Part shown: positions 17,996-27,606 of the stretch, in pieces | Numbering within the stretch: position 1 is the first letter of the stretch | Layout of the letters: each line of letters opens with the position of its first letter | Position numbers and translations under genes: made by a program | Notes under the pieces: generated by a model | Told to the model about the DNA's origin: nothing | The model's database searches: none | Seen by the model: the letters and a program-made list of their open reading frames with translations, nothing else | Sequence record: MK268344.1 | Length of the DNA stretch: 64,000 nt | Reading direction: 5' to 3' (one strand)

Positions 17996-18634
17996 TTGAA
18001 TACATGTGAAAAGTACTGGTGGGTTATTGAACACCCTGCTTTCATAAACAAAGATGGTCAAATAGTTATAGTTGAAATTGAACCACATATGGTTTGTCCA
18101 ATGACTAATCGTATAGAATCGTATGAACCACTCAATACCAAATTACAGTTATGGATTGAGCTTATGATCCCATACAAAGAAGAAGGTGAGACCAATTATA
18201 CCCAAGCACATGATTGGGAATTAGATTGTGGTGGTTTCACATATGAAGAAGCAATTGAGAATTTATACGAAGGTGTAAAAGCAAAGTACGGAGACTATAC
18301 CGAAGAAGAACGTCAAGAAAAGTACGATGCAGTATATAACCTCAAGGCAAATCGTCAAAATATGTTCAATCAGTATTTCAAAAGTAAACCTTTAGCTACT
18401 AACAGAGCAGAACTAACTAAGTGGTCTAAAGATATCTTAGAAGATTATGAATATGAGAAATACCAACACGAAATCAAAGAGATGAAAGATACAATTGCAG
18501 CCTTGACAGAGCACCGAAAAACGTGTAATATAGAAGAATATGATGAGATTGACACTCACATAGAATCGGAACGCTTCAAGATTTTCGAAGCTGAATTGTC
18601 TTTAAGATATTATATTGACTTGGTGAGGGTATGA
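17996..18634 (+). CDS. hypothetical protein
   Basis: TTG start after GAGGTG. Confidence 0.75.
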   Translation: MNTCEKYWWVIEHPAFINKDGQIVIVEIEPHMVCPMTNRIESYEPLNTKLQLWIELMIPYKEEGETNYTQAHDWELDCGGFTYEEAIENLYEGVKAKYGDYTEEERQEKYDAVYNLKANRQNMFNQYFKSKPLATNRAELTKWSKDILEDYEYEKYQHEIKEMKDTIAALTEHRKTCNIEEYDEIDTHIESERFKIFEAELSLRYYIDLVRV

Positions 18635-19005
18635 CGGAGATTCAGAAATTAGTTAAAGTACTTAACAATATGCCTAAGCTGGAACAGAGCGGTGAACGTA
18701 GACGTTTTCGTGTCATCGCTCGTGCTTTGGATAAGAAAGGCCGAGTTCTGGCAACTAAAACTAATTCCTATACTTTGTCACATCCAGTACAGAAACACTT
18801 TGCAGTACTTGCGGGACGACCAGAGGCAATCTTTGTACATGCAGAGATTGCTACGCTGGTTGCAGCTAAAGCCAATAGAAAAGATGTACACACGTTATTA
18901 ATAGCTCGTGTTGATAATGCTGGTAATCCAATTACTGCTGCTCCGTGTGAGATTTGTTCTATTGCTATAAAGAAATTCGGAGTAAAGAAAATTATTCACA
19001 CATAG
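18631..19005 (+). CDS. minimal cytidine/dCMP deaminase-like protein
   Basis: VHAEIA and APCEIC zinc motifs. Confidence 0.8.
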   Translation: MTEIQKLVKVLNNMPKLEQSGERRRFRVIARALDKKGRVLATKTNSYTLSHPVQKHFAVLAGRPEAIFVHAEIATLVAAKANRKDVHTLLIARVDNAGNPITAAPCEICSIAIKKFGVKKIIHT

Positions 19006-19014
19006 GAGTTATCT

Positions 19015-19455
19015 ATGAGATTAGATATTAATGATGTAGTAGGTTCTGAAAAGTATGTTGGTCAAAAGTTATGGGTTTGCGATTACCGTAAAGATATAGA
19101 TAAAAAAGCAACCAGACATGTAAAGCCAACACAGGTATACATTGCCGGAAGTAGGGATTTTTGTGATGCAGGTTTAGAACCCCGAATCTATTATAGTTAT
19201 GTTGGATTTGCTAAACTAAAGAAAAATGGCGAACCAAATCTAAAACAACTAATCCCACCATTCGATACATCTGGATATCGTTCATATGCTGGTATTGGGG
19301 TGGAAGTGTACGATAATGAAGAAGAATGTATTGAGGCTTATAACAAAGCAGTTGATGAAGTTGTAGAGAAGTATGAGACAGAATTACGATATGTAATGCA
19401 ACGTCTCGCGGCTGAAATGAACGAAATAAGAAACCTTAAAATCACTAAGGAATGA
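19015..19455 (+). CDS. hypothetical protein
   Basis: AGGAG RBS; resembles downstream neighbour. Confidence 0.8.
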   Translation: MRLDINDVVGSEKYVGQKLWVCDYRKDIDKKATRHVKPTQVYIAGSRDFCDAGLEPRIYYSYVGFAKLKKNGEPNLKQLIPPFDTSGYRSYAGIGVEVYDNEEECIEAYNKAVDEVVEKYETELRYVMQRLAAEMNEIRNLKITKE

Positions 19456-19456
19456 T

Positions 19457-19822
19457 ATGATTTATACAAGCCTTTCTCAATTTGTACAGATGGACATTGG
19501 TGCTGGAAAAGTATTCTACGTCAGCGGTTATGCTAATCCCAAATTACGTACAAAACCACTAGCAAATGTAAAACTAGTACGTGTTACATTACACAACAAT
19601 GACCCAGCCAATCCTTATCGTACTGGTATGTACTATCATGATAAACAATTAAAATTTTTATTAGCTAAAACCGATGATGGCAAAGTAGTCAGTGCTGTTA
19701 GTGATGTTTTAGTCTTCGATACAGAAGAAGAAGAAGCTAAAAGCTGGTACAATCAAGAAGTACAAAAAGTTGCTGACCAATATAAAGAAAAATATGAAAA
19801 AGTATTAGGGAACTTACTATGA
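19457..19822 (+). CDS. hypothetical protein
   Basis: AAGGA RBS. Confidence 0.8.
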   Translation: MIYTSLSQFVQMDIGAGKVFYVSGYANPKLRTKPLANVKLVRVTLHNNDPANPYRTGMYYHDKQLKFLLAKTDDGKVVSAVSDVLVFDTEEEEAKSWYNQEVQKVADQYKEKYEKVLGNLL

Positions 19823-20376
19823 AATCTACTACAATTGTAAATTTAGTCGGCGGCCCATGTTGCGGCAAAAGTACTACAGCCGCTGGTCTATTTGCTGCTA
19901 TGAAGCTAAAAACCAAACAAAAAGTTGAAATCGTCACTGAAGTAATCAAAGACTTTGTGTACGACGACAACAAAGGTGCAATGGCTGATCAGATTCTAAT
20001 AACTGCACAGCAGAACCATCGTCTACGTCGCCTACAAGGGAAGGTTGATTTTGTTATCAGTGATGCATCTCTTCTTAATGCTGTCATTTATAATGAATTC
20101 TACAAAGATCCACACAACCTCAGTACGCAATTATCTAAAGATTTATATGATGAATATGATGATAACGTTGTGTTCTTGCTACCTCGCAAACCAGAATATG
20201 ACCAATATGGTCGTACTCAGAGTCTAGAAGAGGCCAAAGAGTTAGATCGCATTTTCGTTAATAAACTTAACGAATTAGAAATTGATTACTTTGATATGCG
20301 TGATTATACACACGAAATGATGCCAGAAAAGATTCTACACATTCTAGGCAGCGTCTACAAATTTGATATAAAATAA
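19819..20376 (+). CDS. P-loop kinase, NadR/AAA_28-like
   Basis: GGPCCGKST Walker A, VISDASLL, GRTQSLEEAKELD. Confidence 0.75.
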   Translation: MKSTTIVNLVGGPCCGKSTTAAGLFAAMKLKTKQKVEIVTEVIKDFVYDDNKGAMADQILITAQQNHRLRRLQGKVDFVISDASLLNAVIYNEFYKDPHNLSTQLSKDLYDEYDDNVVFLLPRKPEYDQYGRTQSLEEAKELDRIFVNKLNELEIDYFDMRDYTHEMMPEKILHILGSVYKFDIK

Positions 20377-20383
20377 TGAGGTC

Positions 20384-20572
20384 ATGATGAAGACTATCTT
20401 CCAAAAAGAGTATGATGGTGAAAGCATCCATGATGTTCAACGGGACGTAATGGAAGCATTTAATGCTAAATTTAATCCAGTGGTTTCTGATATACCCCAA
20501 GATGAGAATGGATTTCAAGAGGGACAATTTATTGTGACCGTCAAGTGGAGTCCATATGCCGAGGAAGAATAA
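20384..20572 (+). CDS. hypothetical protein
   Basis: GAGGT RBS. Confidence 0.7.
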   Translation: MMKTIFQKEYDGESIHDVQRDVMEAFNAKFNPVVSDIPQDENGFQEGQFIVTVKWSPYAEEE

Positions 20573-20590
20573 TAAATCTATTAACAAAAA

Positions 20591-20974
20591 ATGAAATTGC
20601 TCGCTAAAAAAGTGGCTTCAGTACTGAATATTGAACTCAATACTGAACCGACAAAGGAAATGGGTTTCCTTAATTATGAGATTATGAGCAATAGTACTCT
20701 TAATATTGGCACTGTCCATAATAGTAAATCCAAATCATTATATATCAATGTAGGTTCATATGATTTACTATCATATAAAAAGAATGTGTTTGATGAATCA
20801 GACAAATCTTTTATCCCATCAGAAGAAGAGTACTTTATGCAAAGTACTTTGAGAGATCTTGTAATTTCTCGTGAAAAATTACAAGAACTTGAAAAATTGA
20901 TGAATGAATATAAAGATAGCGTTTGTGTTGGAATTGGACTACACGAAGAAGGATGTTATGCTACTACAGATTGA
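20591..20974 (+). CDS. hypothetical protein, EEEYFxxSTxxDL family
   Basis: SEEEYFMQSTLRDL motif shared with three other ORFs. Confidence 0.75.
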   Translation: MKLLAKKVASVLNIELNTEPTKEMGFLNYEIMSNSTLNIGTVHNSKSKSLYINVGSYDLLSYKKNVFDESDKSFIPSEEEYFMQSTLRDLVISREKLQELEKLMNEYKDSVCVGIGLHEEGCYATTD

Positions 20975-21401
20975 AGATCACATAGAAGTACCTCGTTATT
21001 ACATGTCACGATGTGAAAATGATGAACTGCTAGGATTTCTTCCAGTATTAGATCCAGACCAGCATTCATACTACACAGTAGAGAATATTTCACCATCAAG
21101 AGAATTTGATCGTGTTTCTCCCGTCTTTGGTTCATACAGTGATGTAATTACCGATTCTGAATATTGGTATCAGAAACCCATTCATAAAAATGCTCGTGAA
21201 GAAGATAAACTACAGCACGAGTACTACAGAGATGAGTTCTTAGAGCGTTTAGAAACTCACAAATACTGCGTATGGTTCGTAGGTTGTGATGATGGTGATA
21301 ACTTCATACGGTTTGAAAGCAAAGATAAAGCACTAGAATATCTTTCTAGTATTGAATATTTTGAAGAAATATATAATAATCCACACTGCCAGTTGTGGTA
21401 A
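20958..21401 (+). CDS. hypothetical protein
   Basis: AAGGA RBS before ATG 20958. Confidence 0.75.
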   Translation: MLLQIEDHIEVPRYYMSRCENDELLGFLPVLDPDQHSYYTVENISPSREFDRVSPVFGSYSDVITDSEYWYQKPIHKNAREEDKLQHEYYRDEFLERLETHKYCVWFVGCDDGDNFIRFESKDKALEYLSSIEYFEEIYNNPHCQLW

Positions 21402-21402
21402 T

Positions 21403-21429
21403 AAAAAAGCACCCATCGGGTGCTTTTTT
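21403..21429. terminator. intrinsic terminator
   Basis: AAAAAAGCACCC-ATC-GGGTGCTTTTTT. Confidence 0.9.
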
Positions 21430-21463
21430 CGTTTGTTTCTTTATTAGCCAATGTACACTTTCC

Positions 21464-21477
21464 TTGATCTAGATCAA
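21464..21477. promoter_or_regulatory. FNR-binding site
   Basis: Exact TTGAT-CTAG-ATCAA within 18-bp palindrome 21462-21479, abutting the -35 of the nrdD promoter. Confidence 0.8.
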
Positions 21478-21506
21478 GGGACAAACCGGGGTATTGGTGA
21501 TATAAT
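21478..21506 (+). promoter_or_regulatory. GGGACA-class promoter of nrdD operon
   Basis: GGGACA-N17-TATAAT with GTGA. Confidence 0.8.
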
Positions 21507-21553
21507 AATTGTGTACTATCTAAATAAATCACCACAATGACACGGAGAGTCGA

Positions 21554-23359
21554 ATGAAAAAAGATAATTTATATAATGACGTTTCTGATTTTTTAAATCA
21601 AAGCAACCAAGATTTATTAAATGAAAACGCCAATAAAGATGCAAAGATAGTCAATACACATCGTGATTTACTAGCAGGAATACTTTCTAAACATTATGCA
21701 GAAGATGTTATTTCTGAAGATTTAATGAAATGGCATACCGATGGATATGGTCACATTCATGATCTTGATTATTATATTAGTCCATTAACTAATTGTTGTT
21801 TAGTAAACTACGAAGATATGTTAGAGAATGGATTTAAAATTGGAAATGCACAAGTTGGTACTCCTAATAGCATAGGTGTTGCAAGTACAATACTAACACA
21901 AATTGTTTTAGCAGTATCTGCTAGTCAATATGGTGGACAATCATTACCACATATTGACAAAGGCTTGGAACCATATGTTGAAAAATCATATAAAAAACTT
22001 TTAAAACTTCAACAACAGTTCAATCTTAGTGATGATTTTGTAGAATATTCATTGAAAAAAGAAGTTTATGATGCAATGCAAGCATTATTATATCAAGTCA
22101 ATACAATAACATCTAGTAACGGACAAACACCTTTCGTTACTATAAGCCTAGGATTAAGCACTTCTAAATTTGGTAGAATGATAACAGATGCATATTTGGA
22201 TGTGCATGAAAAGGGATTAGGAGTTGACGGGGCAACACCAGTTTTTCCAAAAGTTGTTTTCTTTTTACAAGAAGGTATCAATATGAATAATAATGATATC
22301 AACTATGACTTGAAACAAAAAGCATTAGCATGTGCTTCTAAACGTATATACCCTGATTTTGTTTCAGTACCATTAAATTTAAAAGTTACAAAAAGTACAA
22401 GTGAAGCTGTCACACCAATGGGTTGTCGTTCATTCCTTTCTCATTGGACTGATAATAACGGACATGAAAAATATAATGGTCGATTTAATTTGGGTGTGGT
22501 TAGCATTAATCTTCCACTATTGGCCTTAGAATCATCGTCTGATGGGGATTTTTTCACTAAAGTGGATTATCACATGCAAATGGCATATCGTGCACATATG
22601 AATCGGGTTGAACGTATCAAAAACATGAAAGCCAAGCAGAACCCAATTTTATTCACCGAAGGAGTACTAGCAAGATTAAATCCAGAAGACACCATTGAAT
22701 CATTGTTCTATGATGGTTATGCAAGTATTAGTATTGGTTATGTTGGTTTAGCAGAATGCTCGGAAATTTTAAAAGGAAATATTGATAAAACTTTTTGTAA
22801 ATCAATCTTATCATATATGAAATCAAAATGTGAAGATTTCAAAGCTAAAAGTAAATTATCATTTAGTTTGTATGGAACACCAGCAGAAAGTCTATGTTAT
22901 AAATTCGCTAGAACAATTGAGAAAAAATACCCAGCAGTACTTAAACGAGATTTCATAACAAACTCATTCCACCAACCAGTATGGATTGATAGTTCTCCAT
23001 TTGAAAAATGGAATTATGAAGAAGGTTTTGCATTCTTGAGTAATGGTGGAAACATTAGCTACGTAGAAGCTCCAAATCTATCCAACAATTTAAAAGCATT
23101 AGAAACACTAGTTGATTATGCATATGAACGAGTTCCTTATTTTGGTATAAACCAACCGGTAGATCGGTGTTATGAATGCGGTTTTGAAGGTGAATTTGTA
23201 GTTGATAAAAACGGGTTCCACTGTCCGAATTGTAATAATAGAAATGACAAAACAATGTCTGTCATTAGGAGGGTTTCTGGATACCTAGGAAATCCATCTT
23301 CTAGAGGATTTAACAAAGGCAAGCAACAAGAAGTAATTCAAAGAACTAAACATATATAA
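21554..23359 (+). CDS. nrdD: anaerobic ribonucleoside-triphosphate reductase (class III)
   Basis: HIHDLDY, NCCL, MGCRS, YGTPAE, CYEC..CPNC, RRVSGYLG glycyl radical motif. Confidence 0.97.
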   Translation: MKKDNLYNDVSDFLNQSNQDLLNENANKDAKIVNTHRDLLAGILSKHYAEDVISEDLMKWHTDGYGHIHDLDYYISPLTNCCLVNYEDMLENGFKIGNAQVGTPNSIGVASTILTQIVLAVSASQYGGQSLPHIDKGLEPYVEKSYKKLLKLQQQFNLSDDFVEYSLKKEVYDAMQALLYQVNTITSSNGQTPFVTISLGLSTSKFGRMITDAYLDVHEKGLGVDGATPVFPKVVFFLQEGINMNNNDINYDLKQKALACASKRIYPDFVSVPLNLKVTKSTSEAVTPMGCRSFLSHWTDNNGHEKYNGRFNLGVVSINLPLLALESSSDGDFFTKVDYHMQMAYRAHMNRVERIKNMKAKQNPILFTEGVLARLNPEDTIESLFYDGYASISIGYVGLAECSEILKGNIDKTFCKSILSYMKSKCEDFKAKSKLSFSLYGTPAESLCYKFARTIEKKYPAVLKRDFITNSFHQPVWIDSSPFEKWNYEEGFAFLSNGGNISYVEAPNLSNNLKALETLVDYAYERVPYFGINQPVDRCYECGFEGEFVVDKNGFHCPNCNNRNDKTMSVIRRVSGYLGNPSSRGFNKGKQQEVIQRTKHI

Positions 23360-23371
23360 GAGGTAATTATT

Positions 23372-23734
23372 ATGACTATTAAAGCAAAACAAATTTTATC
23401 TGGTGAACATACTGGAACTATTCTAATTCATGATGGAGAAGTTGCACGTATTATTGTTTCAAAAACATTTTCAGAAAATGATGAAGTACTTTTGAATATT
23501 TTTGACAATGAAGAAATGCGTGATGTAATGATTGAAGAAACACCAAATGTCGAAGGCGGTCAACATTTAAATGTTAATGTGTTATCACGTGAACAATTAG
23601 AAGATGCTCAAAAACATCCTGAAAAATATCCACAACTAACTATTCGTGTTTCTGGATATGCAGTTCGTTTTAATTCCCTAACAAAAGAACAACAAGACGA
23701 TGTTATTAGTCGTACATTTACGAAATCACTATGA
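23372..23734 (+). CDS. grcA: autonomous glycyl radical cofactor
   Basis: [36 protein letters not shown]. Confidence 0.95.
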   Translation: MTIKAKQILSGEHTGTILIHDGEVARIIVSKTFSENDEVLLNIFDNEEMRDVMIEETPNVEGGQHLNVNVLSREQLEDAQKHPEKYPQLTIRVSGYAVRFNSLTKEQQDDVISRTFTKSL

Positions 23735-24201
23735 ATTATCAAACAATAATTAAAGATGACTTAATAAATGGGGAGGGAGTTAGATGCTCCCTTTTTGTTT
23801 CAGGATGTAGTCATGGGTGTGTAGGTTGTTTCAATGAAAAAGCATGGGATTATCGTTCAGGTCAAAAATTTAGTACTGAAACAATAGAAATCATACGAAG
23901 CGAATTATCAAAACCACATGTATCTGGTTTATCGTTACTTGGTGGTGATCCACTTATGCCAAAAAATATAAGTACTGTTATAGATTTATGCAAACTCATT
24001 AAAGATGAATTTCCAGAAAAGAATATATGGTGTTGGAGTGGTTATACATTAGATGAAATACAAAATAATCATGCAAAACCTATTTTAAAATACATTGATG
24101 TTTTAGTTGATGGGAAATATATTGATAGTGAGAAAAATCTAAAACTTCCATATCGTGGTTCTAATAACCAACGCATTTTGAAGAAAGATATAGATTATTA
24201 A
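23731..24201 (+). CDS. nrdG: anaerobic RNR activating radical-SAM enzyme
   Basis: [40 protein letters not shown]. Confidence 0.96.
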   Translation: MNYQTIIKDDLINGEGVRCSLFVSGCSHGCVGCFNEKAWDYRSGQKFSTETIEIIRSELSKPHVSGLSLLGGDPLMPKNISTVIDLCKLIKDEFPEKNIWCWSGYTLDEIQNNHAKPILKYIDVLVDGKYIDSEKNLKLPYRGSNNQRILKKDIDY

Positions 24202-24231
24202 ATACATAGAACTATTGTTATAAAATAAACT

Positions 24232-24257
24232 AAAAGCACCCATTGGGTGCTTTTTTT
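24232..24257. terminator. intrinsic terminator
   Basis: AAAAGCACCC-ATT-GGGTGCTTTT; 24/25 identical to 21405-21429. Confidence 0.9.
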
Positions 24258-24264
24258 ATTTCCA

Positions 24265-24272
24265 TATAAATA
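24265..24272 (+). promoter_or_regulatory. T4-type late promoter
   Basis: TATAAATA before the tail-protein cluster. Confidence 0.75.
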
Positions 24273-24304
24273 CAGTATGGATACCTTTAATATAGGGATA
24301 TAAT

Positions 24305-26998
24305 ATGACAAAGAAAATACATGGTGGCCTAGATGTTACACATAATGTAACAGCACAAGGTAAACGCACAGTACAAGGAATCAATAATCAAACATTCGAC
24401 GATAGCGGAAATATGAATATTGATACTTATACAAAACAAGAATTATTAGATATAGTGAGTTTAATACCTTTATCTCACTACGGTACACATAACTACTTAC
24501 CAGCAGGTGTAAGTGGTTCTTTTGATGGTGCCGCTGAAAACCAAAACTATCGGTTCAATAAAGTATTTTTAGAAAATGATGGTACTTTAGTAATATTACG
24601 TGCAGGTACTAATGGTAGTAATGAAGGTGTATACTATGCTTACTTGCAAAATGCTTTAAATGTAGTTGATATGAATTTATCAGTTAATACAAATAAAGAA
24701 TACCGTCCGGGATATTTCGGTTCTGATAAGTATGCAAAAGGTGTTATTAGTACTGATGATAAAATTGTTGTTGGTATATATGGAAGCCGTACTACAACCG
24801 AAACTGGCGTGTTTGTTTCAATTATGAAAGGAACACTTGATGATACGCAGCATTCTGGATTTTTTATTCCTTATTCAACTGTAGCACCTGACGGTGGTTT
24901 ACAATTTGCAATGCAAGCGAACGATGGTTCTATATATTTCTTTGGATTGAATAGAAATTCCAATCGTTTAGAATCGTCAGTTGTTAGAGTAGTATTTAAT
25001 GAATCGGCTGGAACATACACATCCACACGCATTACTGGTTGGAATAATAAAGTATTTTATAATAGTACTGAAAATGGTACTACCAATTTGGTGTTTTTGC
25101 AAAATGTTCTTTCAAAAGATATTTCACAAAAACCATACATGTATATACCACCATCATCAATAGGTGCTGATCCTTTCACGGTTGCAGTGGATATATTTGC
25201 AGCACAAGAACCAAATTCACAAAATATAAGGATTAAAATTAATGGTGATGCATGGTGTACCAGTACAACGTACAATACAAGACCACAACACGGTTTCAGT
25301 TATGTAATCAATGTATCAACAAAACAAAATACGTTAGATGCAGGAAATGATATAACTAATACCCCAGCACCATTGACTATTACTGATACTGGTTCTTCTT
25401 ATACAGTTTCTGGGAATGTGTTGAACCAAGATCCATTATATGACCACAGTGGTGCAAGAAATATTGGAACTGTATATAATTATCTTCCTACTGGTGTTGT
25501 TTTTGCATGTAGTTCTCCTAATTTATCTGAACCATTAATTATGCAATCATCAAAATTTCCCGAAGGAAATGTTTTTGATTTATTAAATGTTAGAAAATAT
25601 ATTTCTAGTGCTTATAAATCTGGTAGATTAAAACCAACATTTGGTTCAGCAATCGGCTCTTACATACGTGGTATAGAATTGTTACCAAATAATAGTACTA
25701 AAACTTATTCCATCACAACAGGTGGTTCTATTAGACCAGCATACTCAGTACACAAGCCAACACCAACCTTTACATTTAAATCAATAGATTTAGGAACAAT
25801 TAAAGGTTATGAACCAACTACAGATAGAAATTTTATTGCTGACAATATTGATAATCAAGGTATTATAAGTACAGTATCGGGAAATAATGTTGTTTCTAAT
25901 GGTGGTATTTTTGCATGTGATCAAAGATATACCCAATCATTTTCATATGATTATAAAATGAATGGTGTCGGGACGATATCAGTAGATAAAACAGTACTTG
26001 ATAATTTTAGAAATTCTGAATATTCTAAAGTGGCTTCTTCTTGGAATTTATCTTCATCAGCAACAAAAGCATGTATACTTTATGTACCACAACAAGCAGA
26101 TATACCCGCTTTTGTATTATTAAGTACTGTTACTACCGGATTAGCCAATTACACAAGAGTTGTTGAAGTTGATGTTAATACACGAGTTGGAAATATCACA
26201 TCCATAACTGCACGTAGAGTAATATTAGAAAGTGCTCAGAATGGTGATTTCGCATTGAATAGTGGGGCTTATTTTGCACAAGCAACGGTTGGAATGACAA
26301 TATATGACGGAGGTTCGTTCTATTTTGTTGGTTTTTCAAATATACTTTTTCATAATACTATTGGGAATACAAATACTCCAATGTTCCGTGGAATTGTTGA
26401 TAAATCTAGTAGGCAATTTAGTAATATTGTTATTAATGGATATCATCCATCATATGCAATTGGTAACCAACCAGCCGCATTACCGGGTATAGGATTTGGG
26501 GATTTCACGTCTCTTGATCAATCTAATAAAGTTGTATTCCGTCCAGTTGGGACAACTATTGCTGAATATAATGCATGGACATATAAAGGAGATCCAATAT
26601 CAGTAATATCACAAGATGTAGCACAAGGATTTATTGTTTATTTTACGGAAGAAACACCAGTACTATTAAGTGGTAAATCATTTACGTTACCAATTACTAA
26701 TATTGATTTAAGAACTGTTAAATCAAACCCAGCCAATAGTACTTTTTTCATTTATGTTAAAATGAATCAAGGTAATGCAGAATATCATATTACATCTGAA
26801 GTTATTTCTGAAACAGGAACGACAGCTTATAATATATTCTGGATTGGTACGATAAAAACAAACTCTATACAAATTGCATCAATCGATGTGTTTAAGAGAT
26901 CTAGATTGGATGTATTTGGTGCTTCATTGGAAGCGGCTGGTTCATCATTCCCGGTTAGTTATGGTCTTCCATCAAATAATGGCACAATAAACTGGTAA
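24305..26998 (+). CDS. tail fibre/baseplate-associated structural protein (paralog 1)
   Basis: 897 aa, S/T/N/G-rich beta content, late promoter; exact role inferred. Confidence 0.7.
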   Translation: MTKKIHGGLDVTHNVTAQGKRTVQGINNQTFDDSGNMNIDTYTKQELLDIVSLIPLSHYGTHNYLPAGVSGSFDGAAENQNYRFNKVFLENDGTLVILRAGTNGSNEGVYYAYLQNALNVVDMNLSVNTNKEYRPGYFGSDKYAKGVISTDDKIVVGIYGSRTTTETGVFVSIMKGTLDDTQHSGFFIPYSTVAPDGGLQFAMQANDGSIYFFGLNRNSNRLESSVVRVVFNESAGTYTSTRITGWNNKVFYNSTENGTTNLVFLQNVLSKDISQKPYMYIPPSSIGADPFTVAVDIFAAQEPNSQNIRIKINGDAWCTSTTYNTRPQHGFSYVINVSTKQNTLDAGNDITNTPAPLTITDTGSSYTVSGNVLNQDPLYDHSGARNIGTVYNYLPTGVVFACSSPNLSEPLIMQSSKFPEGNVFDLLNVRKYISSAYKSGRLKPTFGSAIGSYIRGIELLPNNSTKTYSITTGGSIRPAYSVHKPTPTFTFKSIDLGTIKGYEPTTDRNFIADNIDNQGIISTVSGNNVVSNGGIFACDQRYTQSFSYDYKMNGVGTISVDKTVLDNFRNSEYSKVASSWNLSSSATKACILYVPQQADIPAFVLLSTVTTGLANYTRVVEVDVNTRVGNITSITARRVILESAQNGDFALNSGAYFAQATVGMTIYDGGSFYFVGFSNILFHNTIGNTNTPMFRGIVDKSSRQFSNIVINGYHPSYAIGNQPAALPGIGFGDFTSLDQSNKVVFRPVGTTIAEYNAWTYKGDPISVISQDVAQGFIVYFTEETPVLLSGKSFTLPITNIDLRTVKSNPANSTFFIYVKMNQGNAEYHITSEVISETGTTAYNIFWIGTIKTNSIQIASIDVFKRSRLDVFGASLEAAGSSFPVSYGLPSNNGTINW

Positions 26999-27008
26999 GG
27001 AGAAAGTT

Positions 27009-27596
27009 ATGTCCATGAAATATATCACTGATGTTAATGCAGCATCACAAATTAAGGTACAAAATAAAAATACTGGTTTATCTATTACTGCTGGTACTGG
27101 TCAGGTTTTTAATACTAATTCATCCGGGGAAATTACATTCCCCGTTTTAACCACCGATGATGTTAACTATATAACTTCAGAATTACCACTTTCACAATAT
27201 GGCGAATTATATGATGATAATTCATTGAATATAACTGCTACTGGATTTAATTTGAATTTCAATAGAGAAATACCACTCTTCATGAGTGGGAAGTATTTTA
27301 AAGTTCCTTTGCAGTCTATACCACTAGCACCACCATCTGGTGGTTCATATACATATTATATATATGTAAGACTAGTTTTAGGTGAACCAATCTATACAGC
27401 CTTACGTTCTGAGGGTCAAGAAACAGAAACTTCAATGTTTATTGGAACTGCAATCGTGAGCACCACTGGCATTACAAATATTAATGTAAATAGAGTATCA
27501 AGATTTAATATCTACAGACCTAATGTTACACAAAAAGGGGCATCATTCCCCGTCAGTACAGGGCATCCTGCTCAGTCTGGTACAATCAATTGGTAA
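27009..27596 (+). CDS. short structural protein (paralog 2)
   Basis: Shares N- and C-terminal modules with both neighbours (LPLSQYG; SFPVSTGHP..GTINW). Confidence 0.7.
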   Translation: MSMKYITDVNAASQIKVQNKNTGLSITAGTGQVFNTNSSGEITFPVLTTDDVNYITSELPLSQYGELYDDNSLNITATGFNLNFNREIPLFMSGKYFKVPLQSIPLAPPSGGSYTYYIYVRLVLGEPIYTALRSEGQETETSMFIGTAIVSTTGITNINVNRVSRFNIYRPNVTQKGASFPVSTGHPAQSGTINW

Positions 27597-27606
27597 GGAA
27601 TTTTTT

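Noticed and set aside
21507-21553. NrdR box in the nrdD leader
   Set aside because: No convincing match to the acaCwAtATaTwGtgt palindrome
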